A program made the position numbers and the translations under genes. Under the pieces are notes generated by a model. The model had not been told where the DNA came from. It was given only the letters and a program-made list of their open reading frames with translations, and ran no database searches. Shown here piece by piece: positions 10,142-19,446 of a DNA stretch of 55,593 nt. Source of the DNA: a virus (taxonomy: Duplodnaviria; Caudoviricetes); the IMG/VR virus record IMGVR_UViG_3300048835_001002, positions 1-55,593 of that record. One strand, 5' to 3'. Every line of letters starts with the position of its first letter. Within the stretch, counting starts at the first letter, position 1.

Positions 10142-10327
10142 TTGCCACTCACAGGCACTGAAAGCGCACTGGCCGATGCTCTCCATGCTGCCGCCACAGC
10201 CACCAGCGGTGATGCAAAAGCGGCCTGGAAAAAAGTGGCCGAAATTATCATCAGCCACATTACTGGCAATTCTCTCGTCACCGGGACCACTCCCAATGGC
10301 CCACTGACCAACGGAAAGGTCACATGA
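10142..10327 (+). CDS. Small baseplate-region protein (possible spike tip)
   Basis: 61 aa, GGAGG RBS, between gpV and gpW-like genes and coupled to the latter. Confidence 0.55.
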   Translation: MPLTGTESALADALHAAATATSGDAKAAWKKVAEIIISHITGNSLVTGTTPNGPLTNGKVT

Positions 10328-10635
10328 TCGGAATGGACGAAGTCACCGGCCGGCGCATCGAAGGCGAAGGCTGGCTGAGGCAGGCCGTCCGAAGAGCGAT
10401 ACGAATACCAAAGGGATCGAGGCCGATGGTGAGGTGGTACGGAACAAACTATCTTAAGCATATTGCCGCCCCGATCACGAGCGCATCCCTTCTTGAACTT
10501 ACCGGCGATCTTGCCGACAGCATCGAAGCCACCATCCCCGGCAGCACGCTGCAAACACTGACCGACCAGAAGAACGGCTCAGAAATTCTCATCTCGCTCA
10601 CCATTGGAAAAGAGCAAAAAATCATCGGAGTTTAA
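10324..10635 (+). CDS. Baseplate wedge protein (P2 gpW / gp25-like)
   Basis: MIGMDEVTGR...LRQAV...PKGSRPMVRWYG motif. Confidence 0.9.
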   Translation: MIGMDEVTGRRIEGEGWLRQAVRRAIRIPKGSRPMVRWYGTNYLKHIAAPITSASLLELTGDLADSIEATIPGSTLQTLTDQKNGSEILISLTIGKEQKIIGV

Positions 10636-11482
10636 GACCTTGGATCTTCCGCAGATTATCGAAACACCGGACTTTCAGGCACAATTCAAAGATGCACTCA
10701 AACGCTTCACTGAATCCTATCGCAAAATCGTCCCGGACTTTGGCGAACCGACCGCCGCCGATCCCATCTATCACATCCTTGTTGAACTCACTCTCAACAA
10801 AGTTATCGGAACCGAGAAGATCAATAGCGCAGCATACGCTCAGCTGGTCAAACTCTCGAACGAGATTGACTTTATCTTCAAAGGAAAAATCCGCCCGGGC
10901 GAAAGTTACGAGGCCTACCGCGACCGCATGCGCGGGACCAAGGATCAAGCTTCCACCGCTGGCACCCCAGCCATGTATAAGGCCCTGACTTTTCTTTACG
11001 GTGAGGCATCCCTTACGGCTGCGGGAGCAACGCGAACGGCTTCCGTCATGGACGCCTACGTGCAGGCTGCAAACGGTGAACTTTTGATTTCCGTGCTCAT
11101 CAACTCGGATGCGGCTGATCTCAAAGCTGCCGTCGTGAATGCACTGACCGATGCGTTTAAAAAGGAAACCGTCAAACCCGCTCTTGATTCCGTAACATTT
11201 ATCGAAGCAAGGGCCGTTCCGTTCTCCATCAATGCCGTGATCTCACTCCAGCCCGGTTACGCCAAAAGCTATCAGACCCGCATCGAGGAGAACTTCAGAA
11301 AGTCTTTTGAAGCTCAGAAAAAGCTTGGATGGGCGCCGACGATGAGCTGGATCGTGCGTGAACTCCATCAGCCTGGTGTCCGCTCGGTCATCCTTCAATC
11401 GCCTGCCACAAACATCCCGGTTCAGGCCGATCGCTACGCGACCATCACGCGGCTGGATCTGACGGTCGAGGAAAGCGCATGA
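10604..11482 (+). CDS. Baseplate assembly protein J
   Basis: LPQIIETPDF, ADPIYHIL, ESYEAYRDR, STAGTPAMY, VKPALDSV, LHQPGVRSV motifs. Confidence 0.9.
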   Translation: MEKSKKSSEFKTLDLPQIIETPDFQAQFKDALKRFTESYRKIVPDFGEPTAADPIYHILVELTLNKVIGTEKINSAAYAQLVKLSNEIDFIFKGKIRPGESYEAYRDRMRGTKDQASTAGTPAMYKALTFLYGEASLTAAGATRTASVMDAYVQAANGELLISVLINSDAADLKAAVVNALTDAFKKETVKPALDSVTFIEARAVPFSINAVISLQPGYAKSYQTRIEENFRKSFEAQKKLGWAPTMSWIVRELHQPGVRSVILQSPATNIPVQADRYATITRLDLTVEESA

Positions 11483-11883
11483 TCGAGACTCATATCCGGC
11501 AATACTACCCCGACTATGATACAGCCCCGATCGTTTCGATACGACTGTCCCAGGATCCTGCAATCCGCAATGCAATTCTCTGGGAATATGGGCTTGATCC
11601 GCTGCTTCCTTTCGCCATTGACCCGGCGCGTATCAACGATGAGATCACTGACTTCATTCGCCTGCGCGGCACCATTGCTTCGATTCGCGCGGCCCTTCGC
11701 TGGGTTGGCTTTCCTGATGCCCGCTTTGTTCGCCTCACCTCTTCCACCTTTGAGGTGGACGCCGGACGCAAACCTACCGATCGGGAACTCCTGGCAATCC
11801 GTGCTGCACTCGCTGTTTCAGTACAGGCACGCGGAACTCTTAAACGCATCTTTAACAAGGACTTTGAAATCAAGTATGGCTGA
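11479..11883 (+). CDS. Baseplate/tail protein I (P2 gpI-like), short
   Basis: LWEYGL, RLRGTIASIRAALRWVG motif; follows J. Confidence 0.8.
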   Translation: MIETHIRQYYPDYDTAPIVSIRLSQDPAIRNAILWEYGLDPLLPFAIDPARINDEITDFIRLRGTIASIRAALRWVGFPDARFVRLTSSTFEVDAGRKPTDRELLAIRAALAVSVQARGTLKRIFNKDFEIKYG

Positions 11884-12364
11884 TGGATATGTACACGGAA
11901 TTGTAATTAAGGAGGGCTCGGGCGAGGTTCGCACCATACGATCGCCAAGTCCTTCCGTCGTCGGACTCGTAGGAACCGCAGTGGCCGCAGGCACGACTCT
12001 CAAGGCCCTTGTTCCCGAGGTCTTCTTCAAGGAAAACGCAGCTCTTGAAGCTGTCTATCCTTCAGGTTCCAGCGGACCAAAGGGCTCACTCTACCAGGCA
12101 CTCCGCGGAGTCTATGAGCAGACCGATGCAACGGTTGTGGTGGTTCGCGCTCAATCGGACTCCGACGCCGATATCATGGCGGCCATTGAAAAGCTCGAAG
12201 ACGCGGAGGCGTTGACGGGCTTTAAACCCAAGATCCTGGCTGCACCAGGATTTGGCTACGCTTTTCCCGCCGTAATTCAATCGGCCGTGCTGCCTTTGAC
12301 GATACCCATGGCAGTAGCCAGCAACAAAAAGACGAATTCCACAGTTGAGGTGATCAATGGCTGA
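11876..12364 (+). CDS. Tail sheath, N-terminal part (162 aa)
   Basis: YVHGIVIKE...RTIRSPSPSVVGLVGTA, KGSLYQAL, TGFKPKILAAPGF match the first part of P2 FI-type sheaths. Confidence 0.85.
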   Translation: MADGYVHGIVIKEGSGEVRTIRSPSPSVVGLVGTAVAAGTTLKALVPEVFFKENAALEAVYPSGSSGPKGSLYQALRGVYEQTDATVVVVRAQSDSDADIMAAIEKLEDAEALTGFKPKILAAPGFGYAFPAVIQSAVLPLTIPMAVASNKKTNSTVEVING

Positions 12365-13109
12365 TGAAGTGGCGAACCCCATCGCCGTAAAGCTTAAATC
12401 CATGGGAAAGCGCCTCGGCGCAATCGTTTGCCTTGATGGCCCGGATGATTTCGCTGAAGCGGAAAAATTCCGAAAGCTCAACGGCGATGAACGCATTTAT
12501 ATTACATCGCCACGCCTTAATGTATCCGAAGACAATAAGATCGTGAACGTCCCATCCAGCGCGACGGCCGCCGGCATCTTCGCTCTCATTGATTTCTGGC
12601 GATCGCCTTCCAATCAGGAAGTCCAGGGAGCACTCGGCACATCCTTGCCGATCTCGTTTGCTCTCGATGACCCACAGTCCATGGGTCAGCGCCTTAACGC
12701 CATACAGGTGGCGACCTTCGTTCGCCAGGATGGTCTGAGACTCTGGGGTGCTCGCGGCACGGGTGATCAAACCAACCTTGCGACCAACCAGATTCAAAAG
12801 GTGCGGATCCGCGATGCGATACGGGAAGCGATCATCGCATCTCACCGCTGGGCGGTGGCGGCCGGGATTACGAGCAACCTTTTCTCAGCGGTCGCATCAA
12901 GCGTAAATGCCTACCTCGACGAACTCACCCGCCTTGGGGCGATTGCAGGCGGCAAATGCATCCCGGATGGAGATTTCAATACTCCCGGCAATCTCAATGA
13001 TGGCAAGGCGTTCTGGACTTACGACGTCACCCCCACCCCTGTCGTTGAAACCATGACCTTCACTGAAGTTCTCACCCAAAAATATCTGGCTGGAATAGGA
13101 GCAGCCTAA
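12357..13109 (+). CDS. Tail sheath, C-terminal part (250 aa)
   Basis: ANPIAVKL...[36 protein letters not shown] motifs; own GAGGTG RBS at 12347-12352. Confidence 0.9.
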   Translation: MADEVANPIAVKLKSMGKRLGAIVCLDGPDDFAEAEKFRKLNGDERIYITSPRLNVSEDNKIVNVPSSATAAGIFALIDFWRSPSNQEVQGALGTSLPISFALDDPQSMGQRLNAIQVATFVRQDGLRLWGARGTGDQTNLATNQIQKVRIRDAIREAIIASHRWAVAAGITSNLFSAVASSVNAYLDELTRLGAIAGGKCIPDGDFNTPGNLNDGKAFWTYDVTPTPVVETMTFTEVLTQKYLAGIGAA

Positions 13110-13113
13110 GCTG

Positions 13114-14355
13114 ATGACAAACTCGATTCGTCTGATTTTTCTTTCTGTAGTTGGATTTCTGACTGTGGGCCTGTTCGCGCAGACCACCACCCCGCCCTTC
13201 TCTGACAATGAGCAACCGATTTTCTCCAACACCTACCTGATCGACAACGTGTCGAACAACTCGGTCGGCGGCGATCTCACGCTGCGCATCAATAAAAAAG
13301 CTCCTTTTGATTGCAAGACAAAGGAGGATTGCCCGGCTTCCGTGATCATCTCCAATGCAAATGGCAACGTGAACATGCCGGTCGATGTTAACGTCCGCTC
13401 ACTCTATGTCGGCAAAGCCCTGACGATCGATTCGACTGGTCGCTGGGTTGGTCCGAGCAGCGGACTGCGCGGCGATAAAGGCGACACTGGTCCACAAGGT
13501 CCCATCGGACTTCAAGGCCCAAAGGGGGATGCCGGCCCCATCGGTCCCGCAGGGCCGCAAGGCCTGAAAGGGGATACCGGAGGAACCGGTCCTGTCGGAC
13601 CACAAGGCTTCAAAGGAGACACTGGTGCAACAGGACCGGCTGGTCCTCAAGGCTCCAAAGGAGACACAGGCGCAACAGGACCACAAGGGCCGAGAGGCGA
13701 CACCGGACCCACAGGCGCAACAGGACCACAAGGCTTCAAAGGCGACACTGGTGCAACAGGACCGCAGGGAATCAAGGGTGATACCGGACCCACAGGCGCA
13801 ACAGGACCACAAGGCGCGAAGGGTGACAAGGGAGATCCTGGCGATGGTTGCTGGTATGACGATCAAGCGCAAAGGATCAACTGTGCGGGCGGCACATGGA
13901 TTCCACTTTCCTCCATCAAAGGACCTCAGGGCGATCGCGGAGCGACAGGACCGACTGGACCCACAGGCGCAACAGGACCCTCTGGACCAATCGGACCGGA
14001 GGGGGCAAGGGGACCCGCTGGACCGACTGGACCGACTGGACCACAGGGACCTGCTGGATTTAAGGTATGCCGCACTGTAACGCAGGACGTAGGCCCAAGT
14101 TCCGTGGGCGGAACCAATCCGCAAACGCTTTTTGCTACAGCAGACTGCAATACAACTACAGAACCATCCATTCTCACGGGCGGAAGCTGTTTTGCCTCTA
14201 GCGGAAGGCCATTGCTTCTAAACGTACCGACCATCGATCTTACCATCAACTCAAGCACCGGAAAGCCTTTGTTCAATCGTTGGCAGTGTCGCGGCGAAAG
14301 CACCAACAATACCTCGGGAAGACTCACCGCCACAGCCATCTGCTGCAATAACTGA
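13114..14355 (+). CDS. Secreted collagen-like (Gly-X-Y) protein with Cys-rich terminal domains
   Basis: Signal peptide [23 protein letters not shown], two Gly-X-Y tracts, 10 Cys, C-terminal ATAICCNN. Confidence 0.85.
   Translation: MTNSIRLIFLSVVGFLTVGLFAQTTTPPFSDNEQPIFSNTYLIDNVSNNSVGGDLTLRINKKAPFDCKTKEDCPASVIISNANGNVNMPVDVNVRSLYVGKALTIDSTGRWVGPSSGLRGDKGDTGPQGPIGLQGPKGDAGPIGPAGPQGLKGDTGGTGPVGPQGFKGDTGATGPAGPQGSKGDTGATGPQGPRGDTGPTGATGPQGFKGDTGATGPQGIKGDTGPTGATGPQGAKGDKGDPGDGCWYDDQAQRINCAGGTWIPLSSIKGPQGDRGATGPTGPTGATGPSGPIGPEGARGPAGPTGPTGPQGPAGFKVCRTVTQDVGPSSVGGTNPQTLFATADCNTTTEPSILTGGSCFASSGRPLLLNVPTIDLTINSSTGKPLFNRWQCRGESTNNTSGRLTATAICCNN
13471..14058 (+). repeat. Coding collagen repeats (9/27-nt units)
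   Basis: Repeated GGCGACACTGGTGCAACAGGACC / GGACCACAAGGC units encoding [10 protein letters not shown]. Confidence 0.9.
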
Positions 14356-14374
14356 TCTCGACCCCTAATCCTCC

Positions 14375-14409
14375 GCGGCTGGCTCCCATCAGCCCACCAT
14401 GCCAGCCGC
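14375..14409 (+). promoter_or_regulatory. Inverted repeat (stem-loop) between the collagen and tube genes
   Basis: GCGGCTGGC (14375-14383) pairs with GCCAGCCGC (14401-14409); no U-tract. Confidence 0.4.
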
Positions 14410-14434
14410 ATTCTCCTCTCCCTGGAATCAAATC

Positions 14435-14950
14435 ATGAAATATCCAAAGCACTTGAAAAATTTCAACGTGACGTTCGGCGTGTCGGAGTTTTCCGGCGTC
14501 TGCGAAGAAATCACTCTTCCCAAGATCAAGTACAAAACCGAGGAATGGCGCGGGGCCGGCATGGATGCGCCCATCGAGATTCCGGTTGGACTTGAAAAGC
14601 TTGAATGCACCATGAAGTTTGGTGAACAAACCATCGAAGGCTACCTGTCTGCCGGCGTTGTTCTTTCGGGATTTGTTACCGTAACCATCTTTGGTCATAT
14701 CGCAGCCATCGATGGCACGACGGACAACCTAACCTGCATCCTGCGCGGCTGGATCAAAACAGTCGATCCGGGAACTTTCAAGGCTGGTGATCCCAAATCT
14801 GCAAACCAGACCCTTGAGATGTCCGTCATCAGCTGGGTCATGACACGCGGAGTCATTCCACTGGTAACTATCGATGTTATGCGCGGCATCACGATGCATG
14901 GCCCACTCGACCAGCACGAAGCCGCTCGCAAAGGCCTCAAACTCGCCTGA
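14435..14950 (+). CDS. Major tail tube protein (P2 FII-like)
   Basis: LKNFN, EITLPKI, EEWRGAGMDAP, GLEKLE, VDPGTFKAG motifs. Confidence 0.92.
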   Translation: MKYPKHLKNFNVTFGVSEFSGVCEEITLPKIKYKTEEWRGAGMDAPIEIPVGLEKLECTMKFGEQTIEGYLSAGVVLSGFVTVTIFGHIAAIDGTTDNLTCILRGWIKTVDPGTFKAGDPKSANQTLEMSVISWVMTRGVIPLVTIDVMRGITMHGPLDQHEAARKGLKLA

Positions 14951-14973
14951 TTCTTCCACAGTAAGAGAAAAGA

Positions 14974-15306
14974 ATGGACCTTCCTTTGATTGAGGCCCTT
15001 CACTTTAAGGGCAAAAAGTACGACGCCGTCATACTCTCCGATTACTTCAAAACCCGCCACAAGATGGCTCTAGCGAATAGTGTCAGCAAAACTGAAAGCG
15101 AGCAGCACGAAGCACTGGTCATGTCTTTTTGCGAAAATCTGCCAGCTGAATCCTTCGGCGATATCTCCGCTGACGACATGGACGTGATTTCAGCACACGT
15201 CAATGAAGTTATGGAGAAATACGCCGCGCGTCATGGGCTCATGGAGCAGGTGAGCACTGGAAAAAAGCCGGGGAAGGCACCCAGCGGGAGCCGGCAAAAA
15301 CGCTGA
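14974..15306 (+). CDS. Tail assembly chaperone (gpE-like)
   Basis: Between tube and tape measure genes; ends with an in-frame slippery A-AAA-AAG. Confidence 0.8.
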   Translation: MDLPLIEALHFKGKKYDAVILSDYFKTRHKMALANSVSKTESEQHEALVMSFCENLPAESFGDISADDMDVISAHVNEVMEKYAARHGLMEQVSTGKKPGKAPSGSRQKR

Positions 15307-15467
15307 TGCGAAGCATAGCCATCATGCGCGAACGCTATGGTTTCACGGCCACCGAATGCCTGGAGATGGCCTACGAGGAATTCGATCGCTGGCTCTACGC
15401 ATTGATTGACGATGAGGCAAAACACGGGAGCGAAGATGAAGAAACCTGGGAAGCTGTAAATGACTGA
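15261..15467 (+). CDS. -1 frameshift extension of the tail chaperone (gpE'-like)
   Basis: Heptamer AAAAAAG at 15261-15267; the -1 frame is open to TGA 15467 and encodes YGFTATECLEMAYEEFDRW. Confidence 0.75.
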   Translation, partial: KKAGEGTQREPAKTLMRSIAIMRERYGFTATECLEMAYEEFDRWLYALIDDEAKHGSEDEETWEAVND

Positions 15468-18400
15468 TAGACACGTCAGGGTAAAGATCAAAGCTGCGTT
15501 CGATACGGCCTTCAATGCAACTTTCATGACGGCCGATGAGCGGGTCAAGGGGCTCGAAAAAAGCCTTAAGGGTCTGAAGGCAACGTCAGCCGATATCCAA
15601 AATTACAAAGCGAGTCGGGAGTCCGTGCAAAAGCTGACTTCGGATATTGCTTTCCAATCGGCCGAGCTGCAAAAAGCGACGGACGCGAGGGCGTTAGCAA
15701 CAGCAGCAGCCAAGTCCTTTGGTGATGCCGAGAGGAAGGCCGCAGGATCTGCACAGCAAAGTCTCGCCACATATCGGCTGCGGCGTGAGGCTTACGCGAA
15801 GGAAAAGGAAGCCCAGGAAAAGCTTCTGAATCCCTCCAAGGTTCAAAAAGAACATCTGCGTCAGCTCAAGAGAGAACGCGACGAGGCAAAGAAAGTCCAC
15901 GAATCGGCCACGGCTGAGTTGAAGAAAGCCACCGCCGCTGCCCACGATCACCGCAAAGCTGCGATCCTCGATGGCACCAGCGTGGAACTTTTGACGAGGA
16001 ATGAAAAAAATCTGGCTTCGACGCTCAAAGCCACTGAGTCCCAGCTCAAGAAAAGCGAAGAGAATGCAAAGAAATATGCGGACTCTCTAAGGAAAGCCGG
16101 GGTTAATGTGGATGATCTGGATCAAGCTAAAAAGAAGCTGAACCAGACCATGGCACACCAGAATGCGGCCATCAAAAACCACAACAGAGCCAGAACATTC
16201 TCAGATCGCGCAGAGGATCTGCGCTCGGATGCAACCCGGCATGCGATTGCAGCCGTTGGCTTCGGATATCTTTTCACCAAACCTCTGGCCGCTGCCATCG
16301 CCTTTGAAAAGCAGATGTCGCGTGTCAAGGCCATGGCCGGGGCAACATCGGCTGAGTATAAATTACTGAAAGAGGATGCACGGCGGCTTGGTGCCGAAAC
16401 CGTCTACTCGGCCCTGCAGGTCGCTGAGGCCCAGAACGAACTGGCTACTGCAGGCTTTCGCACAAACGAAATCATTGAGACGATGCCCCACCTGCTCGCC
16501 CTTGCCAATAGCAGCATGACGAGCCTTGCACGAACGGCGGAAATTACGGCATCGGTCCTCCGTGGTTTCAGCATCGATGTCAGTGAAATGGAGCGGGTCG
16601 GTGATGCTCTGACGGCCGCCTATACGTCTTCTGCTTCCAGCCTTGAATCCCTCGGCGAAATGCTCAAGTACGTGGCATCCATCGCCACAGTCACCGGATC
16701 AAGCCTTGAAGAGGTCCTGGGCGCTTCGTCGGTTCTGCACAATAACGCTATCACAGGTTCGATGGCTGGTACGACCATGCGGGCATTTCTTCTTCGACTC
16801 TCTGATCCCCCGCGAGCAACGAAGAAGGTTTTGGAGGACATGAACGTCAAGCTCCAGGACAGCGCCGGCAATATGCGCAACTGGCTCGATATCATCCACG
16901 ATATGAATAAAGCCCTTCTTGGAACAGGCACAGCTCAGCAGGCCGCGGTCTGGAAGAAGGTAGCCGGTGAGGAAGCCGCACCGGGCGTTGCGAAGATAGC
17001 GGAGGCCGAAAAGAGCGGAGCCCTTCAGCTGGAGATTAAGAAATACCGTCTGGCGCCGGCTTTCAACAAGCTCGGCGAGAACCTACTAAGTATGCCTAAT
17101 GCAAAGATCAAGGAACTGGCAGCAAAGATGGGTGTCCAGTTCAATCGAGCGATGTCCGGAGGCGGCCTAATTCAAAACCTTAGCGGGTCATTGAAGGGCC
17201 TCAAAGGAGAAGCCTTCAATAAGCAGATTGCGAGGATTCTTTCAGGTATCGGCATGGCCCCTTCGCTTTCAGACATGAAGACCGTGGAATTCGATGCGAA
17301 AGATCCTAATGCTCAAAAGGCTCTGAAGGTACTTCGCATTAAACCGACGAAAGCTCTCGGCGGCCAGAAATCGAATGAAGAGCTGACACGCGAAGTGCGA
17401 ACTGCGCTTCAAACTCTGCCCATGGAAGAGCAGCTCAAATACATAGAGATCTTTTTTTCAAAGACCCGCCGAGGGATGCGCGAACTCCTCACGGAATTCT
17501 CAAAGAGCGGCAAGGATTCCGATCAGCTCGTGCAGGCTCTCGATGAAACCCAGAACATGAAAAAGACCCGCAAGGCTCTTAGCGAGAATGCTGCCAACGA
17601 TCTGGAGCAAATCTCCGGCGATTTCGGCGACATGATGGTGTCGCTCGGGGACGCATTCCTCCCGGTTCTTAAAGAGATCACGGATGTTATCAAACCGCTT
17701 ACCGAATCTTTTGCAAAATGGATATCGAAGCATCGTGAAGTGGCAAAATGGGTCATGATAACGGTTGGAGGACTTGCTCTTCTTAACGGAGTCCTTGCAG
17801 TCAGCAAATTCGCACTGAGCGGAGTTGTTGATGCCGTCGGCAAAACCTACAAAAGCTTTGGCAAGGACAAACTTCTTGGCAGCATCTCGCGTGGACTGTT
17901 CAGGGGAATGAAACGTGGCGGATCCGGGCTCCTGCGAGGTGCCAAGGTTCTGTCCAAGGCTGGATTAGGTCGGCTTTCAAAGGCAGCCAGAGGCGGCGCG
18001 AAAATCGGTATGAAAGGCATCAGCATGGGCAGCTCTCTTTTGCTGCAGGGTGCTCAGAAGCTGATTGCGATGGGTCCTGCTATTTCAAGCGCCATAGGCG
18101 TTGTGATCACCGGCATTCGCGCGGTCGGAGCGGCTCTTCTTACAACGCCGATCGGTCTGACGATCACAGCCATTTCAGTAGCGCTCTTTTTAGTTTGGAA
18201 AAACTGGGGAGTAATCCAGCCCTGGCTCATCAAAAAATGGCAGGCCTTAAAGGTCTACTTTTTCGACCTTCTCTCGCGGGTCACGAAGGCCGTTAAGTCC
18301 GCTTGGGACTGGATTAAAGAGCACATGAGCTGGCATCCCGTCGTCTACATAGCGAAGAACTGGGAAAAACTCATCGGAATGTTCAAAACGGTTTACGAAA

Positions 18401-18777
18401 AGATCAAGCCCTACATTAGCAAGATCTTTCCAACCGATGATACGGACATCTCCATCACTGGTCCTGAAAAACCAGGATTTCTTTCGCGCATGGTGGATGC
18501 GGCCGACAAAGGCGCGGACGATGCCAAGGATTTTCTTTCGGGTCTATTTGAGTCGCCAGTAAAGGACATCAAATCAGCTGTTCCAACGCTTCCCGGCGAA
18601 GCTCGCAGCGAAGCGGGTTACACCCAGCGCAATGTGATCACCGTCAATGCTAAGATTCACGTTGAATCCGGCCCCAAAGCTCCAATCGAAGTTGCGCAAA
18701 AAATCAAAGCGGAGATTCAGTCGGCGTTTCGCATGACGCCATCATTTGATCTCTTTGATGAACCCATGGTGAGCTGA
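15460..18777 (+). CDS. Tape measure protein (TP901 family)
   Basis: 1105 aa, Ala/Lys-rich helical; FEKQMSRVKA, ETVYSALQVAEAQ, GSMAGTTMR motifs; C-terminal Trp-periodic region. Confidence 0.95.
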   Translation: MTDRHVRVKIKAAFDTAFNATFMTADERVKGLEKSLKGLKATSADIQNYKASRESVQKLTSDIAFQSAELQKATDARALATAAAKSFGDAERKAAGSAQQSLATYRLRREAYAKEKEAQEKLLNPSKVQKEHLRQLKRERDEAKKVHESATAELKKATAAAHDHRKAAILDGTSVELLTRNEKNLASTLKATESQLKKSEENAKKYADSLRKAGVNVDDLDQAKKKLNQTMAHQNAAIKNHNRARTFSDRAEDLRSDATRHAIAAVGFGYLFTKPLAAAIAFEKQMSRVKAMAGATSAEYKLLKEDARRLGAETVYSALQVAEAQNELATAGFRTNEIIETMPHLLALANSSMTSLARTAEITASVLRGFSIDVSEMERVGDALTAAYTSSASSLESLGEMLKYVASIATVTGSSLEEVLGASSVLHNNAITGSMAGTTMRAFLLRLSDPPRATKKVLEDMNVKLQDSAGNMRNWLDIIHDMNKALLGTGTAQQAAVWKKVAGEEAAPGVAKIAEAEKSGALQLEIKKYRLAPAFNKLGENLLSMPNAKIKELAAKMGVQFNRAMSGGGLIQNLSGSLKGLKGEAFNKQIARILSGIGMAPSLSDMKTVEFDAKDPNAQKALKVLRIKPTKALGGQKSNEELTREVRTALQTLPMEEQLKYIEIFFSKTRRGMRELLTEFSKSGKDSDQLVQALDETQNMKKTRKALSENAANDLEQISGDFGDMMVSLGDAFLPVLKEITDVIKPLTESFAKWISKHREVAKWVMITVGGLALLNGVLAVSKFALSGVVDAVGKTYKSFGKDKLLGSISRGLFRGMKRGGSGLLRGAKVLSKAGLGRLSKAARGGAKIGMKGISMGSSLLLQGAQKLIAMGPAISSAIGVVITGIRAVGAALLTTPIGLTITAISVALFLVWKNWGVIQPWLIKKWQALKVYFFDLLSRVTKAVKSAWDWIKEHMSWHPVVYIAKNWEKLIGMFKTVYEKIKPYISKIFPTDDTDISITGPEKPGFLSRMVDAADKGADDAKDFLSGLFESPVKDIKSAVPTLPGEARSEAGYTQRNVITVNAKIHVESGPKAPIEVAQKIKAEIQSAFRMTPSFDLFDEPMVS

Positions 18778-19241
18778 TGGCCATTGATCCCATCCCGCTG
18801 ACAAGAAAAGAAGTTCTGGCAAGACTCGGCGATTTTTCGTTCGAGCTGCTTACACTCGTGCCCGACAAGATTGATCGGGAGACAAGCTATCGCTGGGTTC
18901 GGCAGGAGCCGATCAATGCACCGCCAGTCTTTCAGTACCTCGGTGCCAATCCTCGTGATGAAACCGCCACCGCGCACCAGGATATCTGGACTGTTGTAGG
19001 GGTTTTCTATCCCGAGGTATCCGGCCGCATCGATCACCTTAAAAAGCTGCGTGACATTGCACTTTCAGGAAAGCCGCAGCGCTTCGTCTATGCAGATACT
19101 GTTCTTGGCCAGAACCTTGGTCTTTGCATCATTCATCGTATCAAGGAGTCCCGGACCATCTTTTACGGTGACGGGATTCCGCGCAAAATTGAATTCACTC
19201 TTGAACTGGAAAAATACAGTGCGCTATCGACCGCTTCATGA
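18777..19241 (+). CDS. Tail protein (P2 gpU-like)
   Basis: LGDFSF, YRWVRQE, QYLG, DGIPRKIEFTLEL motifs. Confidence 0.88.
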   Translation: MAIDPIPLTRKEVLARLGDFSFELLTLVPDKIDRETSYRWVRQEPINAPPVFQYLGANPRDETATAHQDIWTVVGVFYPEVSGRIDHLKKLRDIALSGKPQRFVYADTVLGQNLGLCIIHRIKESRTIFYGDGIPRKIEFTLELEKYSALSTAS

Positions 19242-19446
19242 CGGCGAGGAACTGGACCGAATTTGCTGGGACGAATACGGCGAGCTGCCTGGTTCGGTGG
19301 AAGCCGTCCTCAGAGCAAACTGGGATCGCCTCGATCTATTCGACAATCTCGGCCGCATAACTCCATTGGCTTTTCCCACCACCATTTTCCTTCCCGACCT
19401 CGCCCGCCCCACCGACACAACCCAAAGCGTGAGAATTTTTGATTGA
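19219..19446 (+). CDS. Tail protein X (P2 gpX-like)
   Basis: DGEELDRICWDEYG...VEAVLRAN...IFLPD...VRIFD; GTG start. Confidence 0.88.
   Translation: MRYRPLHDGEELDRICWDEYGELPGSVEAVLRANWDRLDLFDNLGRITPLAFPTTIFLPDLARPTDTTQSVRIFD

Noticed and set aside
11516-11875. N-terminal extension of the sheath ORF in the ORF track
   Set aside because: Overlaps gpI out of frame; sheath homology begins at ATG 11876
13471-14058. Repeats resembling a CRISPR or tandem array
   Set aside because: They are in-frame Gly-X-Y coding repeats with no unique spacers, and no cas genes are present
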